Source: Candidatus Aenigmatarchaeota archaeon (GTDB taxonomy: Archaea; Aenigmatarchaeota; Aenigmatarchaeia; GW2011-AR5). From it: a DNA stretch of 64,000 nt. Both the position numbers and the translations under genes were made by a program. Below are positions 1 to 10,033 of this stretch, one piece after another. Location: contig JAWCLW010000001.1 of the NCBI GenBank assembly GCA_039091535.1, positions 11,881 through 75,880 of the forward strand, written 5' to 3'. Position 1 is the first letter of the stretch. Every line of letters starts with the position of its first letter. The notes beneath the pieces are model-generated. The model was not told where the DNA came from, did no database searches, and was given only the letters and a program-made list of their open reading frames with translations.

Positions 1-16
1 TAAACAACAAGTAAAA

Positions 17-508
17 ATGATTGCAAAAAAACTTTCAAAAGAAAAGATAGATGTAATATATTCAAGTGATTTGCAGAGATGTAAAAGTACAACAAATGAG
101 ATTGCAAAAACTCTAAAACTTCGCATCCCAATACATTATACCCATGAACTTAGGGAAAGGAACTTTGGTGTCTTCGAAGGTAAAAAGAGAGAGACATTAC
201 ACAAATATAGAGAAAAATTAGGTATACCACATCATGTCTTTAAGCCAGATGGTGGTGAAAGTTATGTCGATGTTCAGAAAAGAATTATTAAATTTTTTAA
301 TAAAATAAAAAGAAAATATAAAAACAAAACAGTAGTTTTTATTACACATGGAGGTATAATAAAGGTATTATTATTTTATTTAATGAACAAAAGCCTTGAA
401 AGATGGAATGAATATAAAATAGAAAATGCAAGCATAAGTATTATCGAATTTAAGCCTGATTCAAAAATAAAGCTTATAAATTATACAGACCATTTATTAA
501 AGAAATAA
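17..508 (+). CDS. histidine phosphatase / phosphoglycerate mutase family protein (N-terminus probably outside window)
   Basis: YSSDLQRC, LRERNFGVFEG, GGES and ITHGG motifs; the N-terminal RHG motif is missing, so the gene is truncated by the window edge. Confidence 0.85.
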   Translation: MIAKKLSKEKIDVIYSSDLQRCKSTTNEIAKTLKLRIPIHYTHELRERNFGVFEGKKRETLHKYREKLGIPHHVFKPDGGESYVDVQKRIIKFFNKIKRKYKNKTVVFITHGGIIKVLLFYLMNKSLERWNEYKIENASISIIEFKPDSKIKLINYTDHLLKK

Positions 509-524
509 ATATAAGTTGATATTT

Positions 525-824
525 ATGTCAAAGATACAAGAATTCATAGAAAAAAATAAAATAAAGCCTAGTGATTGTATTTATCATACAAACAGAACTG
601 TGAAAAATTCAAAAAAACAATTAACTGGAAAGATCCGTGTTCTTGTTGCAAAAAGTGATATGATTGCACGATGCGAATATATATGCCCTGAATGTAAACA
701 TGAAGGTTACAAAGAAACAGAATGGAAAAGACCATTCTATGTGAAATGTGAAAAATGTAATTTTAAAATAAGTGTACCAAGAATGCGAGATGAAGCAAAA
801 AAAGAGATGAAAAGTGATATGTAA
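525..824 (+). CDS. small Zn-ribbon hypothetical protein
   Basis: CPEC...CEKC cysteine pairs; directly follows the previous gene. Confidence 0.7.
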   Translation: MSKIQEFIEKNKIKPSDCIYHTNRTVKNSKKQLTGKIRVLVAKSDMIARCEYICPECKHEGYKETEWKRPFYVKCEKCNFKISVPRMRDEAKKEMKSDM

Positions 825-954
825 TTGATTTTTATTAAAATACCTGTTCAAAAACAGTAGTATTTTTATATTCAGAATTCCATGTATTCATCCACTATTT
901 GAAAATAGTAGAATCCTAAAATTTAAAGAACTATTATTCTCAATTTGAAGTGTA

Positions 955-1208
955 CTAATGCAAAGACCGCAATTGCTTCTTTTAGATTAACCATTACTTG
1001 GCTTGGCACCAAAAACAATGAAAGAAATTTTTGAAAAAATAAAAGAAATAAATACGATATATCCATTATTATTGTTGAACAGAATACAAAACAGCAGTTA
1101 ATATAGATAATAGGACATATATTCTAGAAGATGGAAAAATTGTATTAAAAGTGGTAAAGAAATCCTAAAAGATAAAAAATAAAGAATATCTATTTTGATG
1201 AAAGATAA
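955..1208 (+). pseudogene. livF: C-terminal relic of a LivF-like branched-chain amino acid ABC ATPase
   Basis: Across frameshifts reads LMQRPQLLLLD*PLLGLAPKTMKEIFEKIKEIN / ISIIIVEQN / AVNIDNRTYILEDGKIVLK / GKEILKDK / IKNIYF; Walker B Glu codon replaced by TAA at 988-990. Confidence 0.8.
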
Positions 1209-1221
1209 AATAAATATATTT

Positions 1222-1596
1222 CTAACACATCACTTTTGTCATCATTTTCTTATATAATTTATCAATATTTTTCTTGTTAACAACGTTGTGATACTTGAAG
1301 CCACCACCAAATGCTTTTGGGATATGCATAAGTTCGTGAATTAATGTCTTTGTTTTTTCTTCCTCACTCATTTTATCAAATCTCTCTGAAATAATCTCTA
1401 TAACATAATGTGTCTTTATATTTAATGCAAACTGCATTATCCTTGGTAATGAATGACATCTCGCAATAACATATTTGCTTTTTGAGCCATAACTACGTAC
1501 ACAAACAATTCTGGAGAAATCGTGATTTATTTTCAACCTTCTAGCAATATTCCTTATTTGTAAATCTATATCTGGTGCGAGAGTATATTTTATCAT
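1222..1596 (-). CDS. putative small Zn metallopeptidase (phage-metallopeptidase-like)
   Basis: LIHELMHIP HExxH motif preceded by YVIEIISERF. Confidence 0.75.
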   Translation of the reverse strand: MIKYTLAPDIDLQIRNIARRLKINHDFSRIVCVRSYGSKSKYVIARCHSLPRIMQFALNIKTHYVIEIISERFDKMSEEEKTKTLIHELMHIPKAFGGGFKYHNVVNKKNIDKLYKKMMTKVMC

Positions 1597-1654
1597 AATT
1601 TTTATTTTTTGTAATAAAAGAATAAAAATATATAAAAAAAATATTTATTTATTT

Positions 1655-1727
1655 GCCTCGATAGCTCAGTTGGTAGAGCATGTCCTTGGTAAGGACAAGG
1701 TCGCGAGTTCAATCCTCGCTCGAGGCT
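1655..1727 (+). tRNA. tRNA-Thr(GGT), intronless, no encoded CCA
   Basis: GCCTCGA/TCGAGGC acceptor stem, GCTC/GAGC D-stem, TGTCC-TTGGTAA-GGACA anticodon arm, GCGAG-TTCAATC-CTCGC T-arm. Confidence 0.97.
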
Positions 1728-1790
1728 TTAATTTTTCATTTTTTAATCTTTAAATCTTACCAAAAACAAAAATAAAAGAGGTGAAATTAG

Positions 1791-2021
1791 ATGAAGGGTT
1801 GCTATAACTTTTCAGGAAAATTCTTTCTTGGGATAATATGCGCAGCGATATTTGGCTCACTATTCGTGGCAAGCATAGTCCATGGGTTTGTTGTCCAAGT
1901 AACAGGCGAGACGCAAACAGCCATAGTTTTTTATTTTGTTGGTTTTCTGTTGTTGGCCATAACAAAGATATGCATACAAATAACCAAGGAACCTGTCAAC
2001 GTTGCAAAGAAAAAGAAGTAA
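1791..2021 (+). CDS. small two-TM membrane protein
   Basis: Two hydrophobic segments, basic tail, GAGGTGA SD upstream. Confidence 0.7.
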   Translation: MKGCYNFSGKFFLGIICAAIFGSLFVASIVHGFVVQVTGETQTAIVFYFVGFLLLAITKICIQITKEPVNVAKKKK

Positions 2022-2127
2022 TTTAACTTTTTCTTTATTTTTTCTTTGTTCACAATAAATTACGTAAAAATTACGAAATGTAATATTTATAAATAACTAA
2101 AAAAATATATATAAATAAGGTAATTAT

Positions 2128-3543
2128 ATGAGAAAATTATTGTTGTTTGTATTATTTCTTCTGATAGCCAATGTAGTTTTTGCTTTCGAGATAAGTGCAC
2201 CTGAGGGTACAATAGACATAGGTACAGGTAGCACAAAGATTATTAACATAAATCTTACAAGCAACAAGGATGATGATATCACATTTAGTTTTGTAGATGG
2301 AAAGACGTGGATTAATCTGGATGTACAAAAAATTAAAATAAATGCGGGTGAAATAAAAACTGTAAAGGTTTATATTTCACCTTTTTTCACAACACAGTTT
2401 GGACTTTATAAGATCGGTATTGTTGCCGAATCTACGATAAGCAAAGAAACTAAAAAAGCAGATATATTCATTAATGTAAAACGTGGTGAATATATTTACA
2501 TAGACAAGGTTACTGTAAGCGGAAATCTTGAGCCAAAAGGATATGCAAAAATAGAGACAACAATAAAAAATTATAAGTTAAAAACAGTAAATGATATATA
2601 TGTACATACAATTGTTTCATCCCCATTAAGGAAATTATTGGACACAACAATAAAGATAGATAAACTTGATCCAGATGAATCAAAAACAATTGAAAATATT
2701 ATTAATTTTGATAGGCTTGCTGAACCAGGTACATACAACGTAAAAATAATATCAGAATATATGAATGAAAAAAATGAATATGAACAAACATTTGCAGTCA
2801 TAAAAAAAAGTGTAATAACAAAACAATATGAAAAATTTCCATTACTTCTTGGATACGGAAAAACTATAAGAGTAAGAAATGATGGTAATGAAGTTGGTGA
2901 TGAAATTGTTTATGATGATGTGCCAAAATTTGATTCTATATTCTTTTATGGAGATGAACCAACACAAAAGGAAGATGGACGCTATGCATGGAAAATAAAA
3001 GATATAAAACCAGATGAAGAAAAAACAATAACATATTACATAGATTATTCACCATTATTTGTTTTCGTACTAGCAATAATTATAGTTTTTTGGTTCTTTT
3101 TCTATAAATATAGAACTGTAAGAATTAGTAAATTTATTTTAAATAAGAAACACATCGAAGAGGGTGAGGAGTTTACAGTATGTATAAATGTTTATAATGG
3201 TTTAAAGAAACTGGACGAAATTTTGGTACATGATTTTGTCCCATCGATATTTAAAATAAAGGATACAGAAGGACCTGTACCACATAAAAAGACAACAAAT
3301 ATAGGAACAGAATTAACATGGAAATTAAAAGATGTTAAAAGTCATGAAACAAGAATATTAACATATAAAATAATACCAATATTTGGAGTACATGGTACAA
3401 TAAGATTGCCAGAAGCATCTGCAGAATTCAAGTTCGGCAAAAAGTTTGTAAAAAATATCTCAGGATCCCCATCAATTGGTTTAGTTGAAAGTGAAGAAAC
3501 AAAAATAAAATTACTAAGAAGTAAATTTATTTCCAGGAAATAG
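2128..3543 (+). CDS. membrane-anchored surface protein with Ig-like (CARDB/DUF11-like) domains
   Basis: Signal peptide, beta-rich repeats (VRNDGN, WKIKDIKPDEEKTITY), internal TM helix, then a second Ig-like domain. Confidence 0.7.
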   Translation: MRKLLLFVLFLLIANVVFAFEISAPEGTIDIGTGSTKIININLTSNKDDDITFSFVDGKTWINLDVQKIKINAGEIKTVKVYISPFFTTQFGLYKIGIVAESTISKETKKADIFINVKRGEYIYIDKVTVSGNLEPKGYAKIETTIKNYKLKTVNDIYVHTIVSSPLRKLLDTTIKIDKLDPDESKTIENIINFDRLAEPGTYNVKIISEYMNEKNEYEQTFAVIKKSVITKQYEKFPLLLGYGKTIRVRNDGNEVGDEIVYDDVPKFDSIFFYGDEPTQKEDGRYAWKIKDIKPDEEKTITYYIDYSPLFVFVLAIIIVFWFFFYKYRTVRISKFILNKKHIEEGEEFTVCINVYNGLKKLDEILVHDFVPSIFKIKDTEGPVPHKKTTNIGTELTWKLKDVKSHETRILTYKIIPIFGVHGTIRLPEASAEFKFGKKFVKNISGSPSIGLVESEETKIKLLRSKFISRK

Positions 3544-3641
3544 TGCTTTTAATGAATAAAATGAACAATCCTTCTTTAATGTCACATTAATAAACATCAA
3601 TTTTAAATAAATAGACAATTCTTAATTTTATAGTTAAATTT

Positions 3642-3772
3642 CCCCTGATAGCTCAATGGTGCAACAAAATGCATTAAAGAGCGCGTGGCTGTAGACGAGC
3701 TCTATTGAGCTTGTCACCAGTAGGTGCTCGGAAATTACCATGAGGTTGGGAGTTCGAATCTCCCTCAGGGGA
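3642..3772 (+). tRNA. tRNA-Tyr(GTA) with two introns (20/21 at 3661-3677; anticodon loop at about 3695-3736)
   Basis: CCCCTGA/TCAGGGG-A (C1-G72, A73, the archaeal Tyr identity); CGTGG-CTGTAG..A-CCATG; removing both inserts gives a 72-nt cloverleaf; D-loop intron has a textbook BHB (AATG/CATT). Confidence 0.92.
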
Positions 3773-3860
3773 CTTAATTTAACTTTAAAAAGATTTGTTA
3801 ATATTTTAAGGTATAATGAGTTGATTATTCAACTTATCATTAAAAAATGGGGGTTATTTT

Positions 3861-5126
3861 ATGGCTGAGAAGAAACCACATTTGAACTTAGTAACCATTG
3901 GTCATGTTGACCATGGTAAATCTACACTTGTTGGTAGATTATTATACGATACAGGAGCTGTCAGAGATGAACAGATGAGAAAGTTAAAAGAGCTTGCAAA
4001 AGAACTAAAGAAAGAGACATTCGAGTTTGCATTCGTAATGGATAAGCTTAAGGAAGAAAGAGAAAGAGGATTGACAATAGACATCATGCATCAGAGATTT
4101 GATACACCGAAGTATTATTTTACAATCATAGATGCACCAGGTCATAGAGATTTTGTCAAGAACATGATTACAGGGACTTCACAAGCAGATGGTGCAATCC
4201 TTGTTGTTTCAGCAAAAGAAGGTATTCAAGAACAGACAAAAGAACATGCATATCTTGCTAAGGTCTTAGGTGTGAACCAAATGATTGTAGCAATAAATAA
4301 AATGGACGCAGTAAAATACGATGAATCAAAATTCAAAGAAACAAAAGAAGCAGTGGAAAAATTATTGAAAGGTGTTGGCTTTAAGGTAGAAGAAATACCT
4401 TTTGTACCTACATCAGGTTTCATGGGTGATAATGTTGCAAAGAAATCAGAAAATATGCCATGGTACAAAGGACCTACTATAGTAGAAGCACTTGATTTGT
4501 TTAAAGTACCTGAACAGCCAATAGATAAACCACTAAGACTTCCAGTACAAGATGTTTATACAATAACAGGTGTTGGTACAGTTCCAGTAGGACGCGTTGA
4601 AACAGGTATAATGAAACCAAATGACAAGATTATTTTTGTCCCTTCAGGTGCTCAGGGTGAGGTAAAAAGTATAGAAATGCATCATGAACAAATACCAGAA
4701 GCGCGTCCAGGTGATAATGTTGGCTTCAATGTACGTGGAATAGGAAAAGGTGATGTAAAGCGTGGTGATGTTGTCTGTCATCCACAAACAGCAGCAAAAC
4801 CAGTAAAAGAGTTCACTGCTCAGATTATTGTACTAAATCATCCGAGTGTAATAAGCAAAGGTTATACACCAGTTTTCCATGTGCATACAGCACAGGTTGC
4901 ATGTACAATAACAGAAATACTTAAAAAACTTGATCCAAAAACAGGTGCAGTTATTCAGGAAAATCCTGATTATATAAAAACTGGAGATGCAGCTATTGTA
5001 AAGGTTAAACCATCAAAACCTTTGGTAATAGAGAAACAATCAGATATCCCACAAATGGCAAGATTTGCAATACGCGATATGGGTCAAACAGTGGCTGCAG
5101 GCATTTGCATAGATACTGTCGTATAA
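3861..5126 (+). CDS. tuf: translation elongation factor EF-1 alpha
   Basis: [31 protein letters not shown]. Confidence 0.99.
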   Translation: MAEKKPHLNLVTIGHVDHGKSTLVGRLLYDTGAVRDEQMRKLKELAKELKKETFEFAFVMDKLKEERERGLTIDIMHQRFDTPKYYFTIIDAPGHRDFVKNMITGTSQADGAILVVSAKEGIQEQTKEHAYLAKVLGVNQMIVAINKMDAVKYDESKFKETKEAVEKLLKGVGFKVEEIPFVPTSGFMGDNVAKKSENMPWYKGPTIVEALDLFKVPEQPIDKPLRLPVQDVYTITGVGTVPVGRVETGIMKPNDKIIFVPSGAQGEVKSIEMHHEQIPEARPGDNVGFNVRGIGKGDVKRGDVVCHPQTAAKPVKEFTAQIIVLNHPSVISKGYTPVFHVHTAQVACTITEILKKLDPKTGAVIQENPDYIKTGDAAIVKVKPSKPLVIEKQSDIPQMARFAIRDMGQTVAAGICIDTVV

Positions 5127-5220
5127 TTTTAATATTTTTATTTTATTTCCTTTTTATTTAAAAATAGAGAGAATTCATCAATCGATGATTTTTTATATTT
5201 AACTAATTATGTTATATTTC

Positions 5221-5547
5221 ATGAATATTGCACGCATAAAACTTACAGGAAGAGATCCAAAACAATTAGATGAGTTATGTAGAGAAATTAAGGATATCGC
5301 TGAAAAGATAGGTGTATCTGTTTCTGGTCCAATACCATTGCCAACAAAGAAATTAAGAATACCTGTCATGAAAACACCATGTGGTGATGGTATGCATCGT
5401 GGCGGTGGTGGTGGAAACTGGGAGACATGGGAGATGCGTATACACAAGCGCATACTTGATGTTGGTGCAAATGATCGAGTTCTGAGACAAATAACAAGGA
5501 TTAAGATTCCTCATGATGTTAATATTGAAGTTGAATTGACAGATTAA
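5221..5547 (+). CDS. rps10: 30S ribosomal protein S10 (uS10)
   Basis: ARIKLTG, GPIPLPTKK, WEMRIHKR; follows tuf. Confidence 0.97.
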   Translation: MNIARIKLTGRDPKQLDELCREIKDIAEKIGVSVSGPIPLPTKKLRIPVMKTPCGDGMHRGGGGGNWETWEMRIHKRILDVGANDRVLRQITRIKIPHDVNIEVELTD

Positions 5548-5676
5548 GTTGATCTTTTTTTAATTATTTTTGAAAATGAGTGTTTATACTCATATATATA
5601 ACATTAAAAGTTATGTTGCGAAACGAAAGTAAAAATATATAAATTCATATTACTAATAAAAATCAAGTGATTTTTC

Positions 5677-6354
5677 ATGAACCTGATATTTTTTGGTCCA
5701 CCAGGCTCTGGAAAAGGAACATACGCATCAAGAGTTTCATCATCACTAGCCATAGCACATATATCAACAGGTGATATGTTCCGTGCAGAAGTTAATGCAA
5801 ACACAAAATTGGGAAAATTAGCTGATAAATACATGAAAGCTGGAAAACTTGTTCCTGACAAAATAACAATAAACATGCTAAAAAAAAGAATAAAAAAACC
5901 TGACTGTAAAAACGGCTTTATTTTAGATGGTTTCCCAAGAACAATAGCACAAATGAAAGCTTTAGAAAAAATTGTAAAAATAGATTTGGTGCTAAATTTT
6001 AAACTTCCAGAAAAAATGATAATACAAAAAACACTTGCAAGAAGGGTTTGCGAAAAATGTGGGGCTATATATAATATTGCCGATATAAAGGTTAAAAATA
6101 TACATCTGCCACCACTTCTTCCAAAAAAAGATGGTATCTGTGATAAATGTGGTGGTCATTTAATACAAAGAAAGGATGATAATATAAAAACAATAAAAGA
6201 TCGTCTAAATATTTATAAAAAACAGACAAAACCTCTTTTAGAATACTATAAAAAGAAAAGATTAATGAAAAATATAAATGTAATTGGCCCACCTGAAGTA
6301 ATGGTGCCAATAATTATTGATGAGATAAAGAAGAATTTTGAAACAAATATATGA
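5677..6354 (+). CDS. adk: adenylate kinase, bacterial type with Zn LID
   Basis: GPPGSGKGT, HISTGDMFR, LDGFPRT, CEKC...CDKCGG..QRKDD. Confidence 0.95.
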   Translation: MNLIFFGPPGSGKGTYASRVSSSLAIAHISTGDMFRAEVNANTKLGKLADKYMKAGKLVPDKITINMLKKRIKKPDCKNGFILDGFPRTIAQMKALEKIVKIDLVLNFKLPEKMIIQKTLARRVCEKCGAIYNIADIKVKNIHLPPLLPKKDGICDKCGGHLIQRKDDNIKTIKDRLNIYKKQTKPLLEYYKKKRLMKNINVIGPPEVMVPIIIDEIKKNFETNI

Positions 6355-6362
6355 TTTATTGA

Positions 6363-6895
6363 TTAATTTTTGATTATTTCTTTCATAATTTTTTCTATTC
6401 TCTTTACTCTTTCTTTTACTGGTATTGTTATTGGTTTGTATCAACTTTCGAATATATTTAATAAATAATGTTATGTATATTCAAAGCTTCTTCTACACTC
6501 TCAACTCTTATACCATCTTTCTTATAATGGTAGCATATCAAGAATGAATACAATATCATATTTTATCTTTTTTTGTCACATCGATTATCTCTTTTGGTGG
6601 TTTTATTTTTCTGAAATAGTAATAAGCAAGACAATCAACAACCCCTCTATCTAAAAAAACAATTTTTGTATTTTTATTGGATCATGTACAGGAAAGACAG
6701 AAACAATCAAAATGTTTGAGAAAAAAAGGATATTATGTTGTACGCGAATTTGCTACAGAGATAATAAAGAAACAGAAGGCATACGGCGGTGATTTATTTC
6801 CACATACAAAACCATTAGAATTTCAATTAGAGTGTTTAAGAAGACAACTCGAAAAAGAAAATAAAACACCTACAACACGAAACATATTTTTATAA
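6363..6895. pseudogene. AAA_28 (NadR-type P-loop ATPase) pseudogene; N-half on + (6652-6892), C-half on - (6651-6363)
   Basis: Plus strand: IGSCTGKTETIK / LRKKGYYVVREFATEIIK...FQLECLRRQLEKE...NIFL. Minus strand: DRGVVDCLAYY...YDIVFILDMLP / YKKDGIRVESVEEALNIHNII. Both contain frameshifts or stops. Confidence 0.75.
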
Positions 6896-6908
6896 ATTGA
6901 AATAAAAA

Positions 6909-7538
6909 TTATTTGAAAATTTCCCCCGTTTCCATTGACCAGAATAATAAATCAAGATGTGATAATGGTATGTTTATTTTTTTAGAAAATTCTATCATTT
7001 TCTTTTCTATTTCTAGATATTTCTTTTTTGTAAGTGTTTTTGGTATTTCATCGATCACGTTATGTTTTTTCAAATTTCTTAAAATATGTCTATCTAAGAT
7101 TGTAATATCATTGTAAAATCCAATATTTCTTAGAAAATGACTTGCCTCCTTCATGCCAAAACCTTTTATATTTTTTGCAAGATATTCTCGCATACTATTG
7201 ATATCATTAAATCTTTCTAATTTTTCTTTAATTTTTATTTTACCATTTTTAGAAAAGAAATTTCTTGCACTAATAATATATTTTGCTTTGTTATTATGAA
7301 ATCGTACGCCAACAAGATATCTTGCAATATCATTCTCATCTCCAACATACAACAACTTATTTTTAACCAATTTCTCAATCGCTTCCCAACATATTTTTGC
7401 TTTTGATTGTGGTGTGAGTAAACAAAAACATAATTCAGCAAAAATTTCTTTGTCTGATTGTTTATAATTTTTTCTAAATTTATTAAGATGTTTTTCTATT
7501 TCTCCTTTCTTTTTCTGATAGACTTCTTGTAATTTCAT
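6909..7538 (-). CDS. ogg: 8-oxoguanine DNA glycosylase/AP lyase (Ogg2 type)
   Basis: ELCFCLLTPQS, GFGMKEASHFLRNIG, ILDRHI, C-terminal LDLLFWSMETGEIFK. Confidence 0.95.
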   Translation of the reverse strand: MKLQEVYQKKKGEIEKHLNKFRKNYKQSDKEIFAELCFCLLTPQSKAKICWEAIEKLVKNKLLYVGDENDIARYLVGVRFHNNKAKYIISARNFFSKNGKIKIKEKLERFNDINSMREYLAKNIKGFGMKEASHFLRNIGFYNDITILDRHILRNLKKHNVIDEIPKTLTKKKYLEIEKKMIEFSKKINIPLSHLDLLFWSMETGEIFK

Positions 7539-7591
7539 ATTTAATGAATAATTAAAAAGATATTAAAAATAATAAAATAGAAAGAATTATT

Positions 7592-8425
7592 ATGTTGATA
7601 ACAAAAGATATTCTCAAAAAAATTTATAAAAAACGTAATGTATGGTCGCATAAAGGTAATTTTGGAAAATTGCTTATAGTTGGTGGCAGTAAGTTATATT
7701 CTGGTTCACCTACACTTGCTGCATTGGCTGCTTATAGATCTGGTTGTGACTTAGTAACAATAATGGCGCCTGAACGTGCTGCAAATATTATTGCAACATT
7801 TTCACCTGATTTAATAACATATCCATTAAAAGGGGATTATCTTAATAAAAATCATTTGAAAGAAATTTTTTCGCTTGCTAAAAATTATGATGCAATTGTA
7901 ATTGGTGGTGGGTTATGCAAAAATAAAGAAACCATATTTTCAGTAAATAAAATATTAAAGAGAATAAGTATACCAATTGTTGTTGATGCAGACGCAATTT
8001 ATGCAATAAAAAATAAATTGGATAAAAATTTTGTACTCACCCCACATGCACATGAATTTTTTGTACTAAGTGGAATAAAATTAAAAAATAATATAAATTA
8101 TATGAAAAAAATTGTTAAAGATACTGCAAAGAAATTTGAATGTGTCATCCTGCTGAAAAGCCATGTAGATATTATATCTGATGGTAAAAAGGTTGCATTA
8201 AATAAGACAGGAAATCCATTCATGACAAAAGGTGGTACAGGTGATACATTAGCAGGTATATGCGGTGCTTTATTAGCAAGAAAAATTAATCCATATTATG
8301 CAGCATGTGCTTCTGCATATATAAATGGAAAAGCAGGTGACTTAGCTGCAAAAAAATATGGTGAAAGTATGTTAGCATCCGATCTATTGAATGAAATAAA
8401 AGATGTGATAAAAAGAAACTCATAA
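7592..8425 (+). CDS. nnrD: ADP-dependent NAD(P)H-hydrate dehydratase
   Basis: SHKGNFGKLLIVGGS, VVDADA, LTPHAHEF, GGTGDTLAG. Confidence 0.95.
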   Translation: MLITKDILKKIYKKRNVWSHKGNFGKLLIVGGSKLYSGSPTLAALAAYRSGCDLVTIMAPERAANIIATFSPDLITYPLKGDYLNKNHLKEIFSLAKNYDAIVIGGGLCKNKETIFSVNKILKRISIPIVVDADAIYAIKNKLDKNFVLTPHAHEFFVLSGIKLKNNINYMKKIVKDTAKKFECVILLKSHVDIISDGKKVALNKTGNPFMTKGGTGDTLAGICGALLARKINPYYAACASAYINGKAGDLAAKKYGESMLASDLLNEIKDVIKRNS

Positions 8426-8536
8426 CTGATAAAATTGTAATTTTTTGATTATTATTTAAGTTTGTAAATTGTGTTTTTGTTGTCTTCTTTAATCTATCTT
8501 GTAGAAAAAGGAATAATTATTGTGGTTTTTTACACT

Positions 8537-10021
8537 TTATCTTTCAATGGTATTAGTTGTTTCAATACCATAAAATGATGTTTCACGACTGCCATGCTCG
8601 CTTAAACGTTCTAAAATTGCATTTTCTCTAAATTCTTTTAAATTTCTACAACCAGCATTACTCATAGACGACTTTACTATATTTGCATCATATTCTATGT
8701 TTGGCTTAAGTCTGCCTCTATATTTTACTATACCTTCAACACCCTCAGGGAAAAATGTTTTAATTGTTTCATGACTATATCTACCTAAATTCATAGCTCT
8801 TCTAGAGCCTTCTCCCCATATCTCTTTGTATTTTATTTCGTTTTCTCTTTCATCTGGTTTATCTATAGGTTTTTTTTCTGCGTCAAGTGGTGTACCCTCA
8901 GCCTCAAAAAATTGATTAAAATATTTACCCATCATCAAAGCATCAGCACCAATTGCCAAAGCTATAACCATATCACCAGTATTTTCTATAGAACCATCCA
9001 TAATAACTGGTATATATTTTCCTGTTTTGTTAAAGTATTCATCTCTTTTATTAACAACTTCTATTAAAGATCTCGCTCCTCCACGACCAACGCGCTTAAC
9101 TTCTGTTGTTGTACAAATAGAACCAATTCCCATTCCAACCTTAATAATATCTGCACCATGAGAAACCAAGCAATCAAAACCTTCCTTTGTTACAATGTTA
9201 CCACCACATATTGGAACATTCGGATATTCTTTTTTGAATTCTTTTATAACATTTACTGCCCAATAATTGTATGCGTCAGATGTATCTATAGAAATTAAAT
9301 CAACACCTGCTTCTATAGCAACATCTACTCGTTTCTTCCAACCTTCGTACGTATCTATGGAAACAGCTATATAGTTTGGTCTATCTTTTTTGAAAGCAAA
9401 TTTAATTAGATGACCTTCATTGTCTAAAATTGGCATAATTTTTTTTCCATTTTTTTCCATATATTCCAAAATTTTATCTTCTGTTGCTGTAATAAGACAA
9501 AAATCAATGTTTTCTCTATTTTTATTTTTTTTCATTAAATCCTTCATCTTTGCATCATTAGGATGCTTTTCCGGACTTATATAATAGAATACACCAAGAT
9601 ATTTTCCATATTCATTTACTATTGGAATTGTTGAGTGTCCATATTTTTTTATTTTTTCTTCATAAACCCTTTCAAATTTATCTTCTGGACCCGCTGTGAT
9701 TATTCCTGGATAATTATGAATTATCAGTTTATCTTTTTTTGCCTTAATATCTTTTATAATTCTAATAATCTCTTCTAATTCTAAAGAACGTGGGAGAAAT
9801 GGTATCATCCCATTTCTTGCCACCTCTAATGCCATTTTGTATCCAGTAACAGAACGCATAGCAGCTGGTATAAATGGGAACTTTAATTTAATCAAAGGGG
9901 AAAGTTCAGTTTCTATATTAATATTTTGTATTATGCAATTCTTATCTGTATAGCTTGGTAAAAGAACATAATCTTTAAAACTTGTTGATCTCTCATCATC
10001 TCCTCTAATTTCTTTTGCCAT
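8537..10021 (-). CDS. guaB: IMP dehydrogenase with CBS subdomain
   Basis: IKVGMGIGSICTT catalytic loop, DGSI, WGEGSRRA, PEGVEG. Confidence 0.9.
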   Translation of the reverse strand: MAKEIRGDDERSTSFKDYVLLPSYTDKNCIIQNINIETELSPLIKLKFPFIPAAMRSVTGYKMALEVARNGMIPFLPRSLELEEIIRIIKDIKAKKDKLIIHNYPGIITAGPEDKFERVYEEKIKKYGHSTIPIVNEYGKYLGVFYYISPEKHPNDAKMKDLMKKNKNRENIDFCLITATEDKILEYMEKNGKKIMPILDNEGHLIKFAFKKDRPNYIAVSIDTYEGWKKRVDVAIEAGVDLISIDTSDAYNYWAVNVIKEFKKEYPNVPICGGNIVTKEGFDCLVSHGADIIKVGMGIGSICTTTEVKRVGRGGARSLIEVVNKRDEYFNKTGKYIPVIMDGSIENTGDMVIALAIGADALMMGKYFNQFFEAEGTPLDAEKKPIDKPDERENEIKYKEIWGEGSRRAMNLGRYSHETIKTFFPEGVEGIVKYRGRLKPNIEYDANIVKSSMSNAGCRNLKEFRENAILERLSEHGSRETSFYGIETTNTIER

Positions 10022-10033
10022 AATTGATCGATA

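Noticed and set aside
6677..6895. 72-aa ORF as an intact gene
   Set aside because: It is the frameshifted, inverted N-half of the AAA_28 pseudogene
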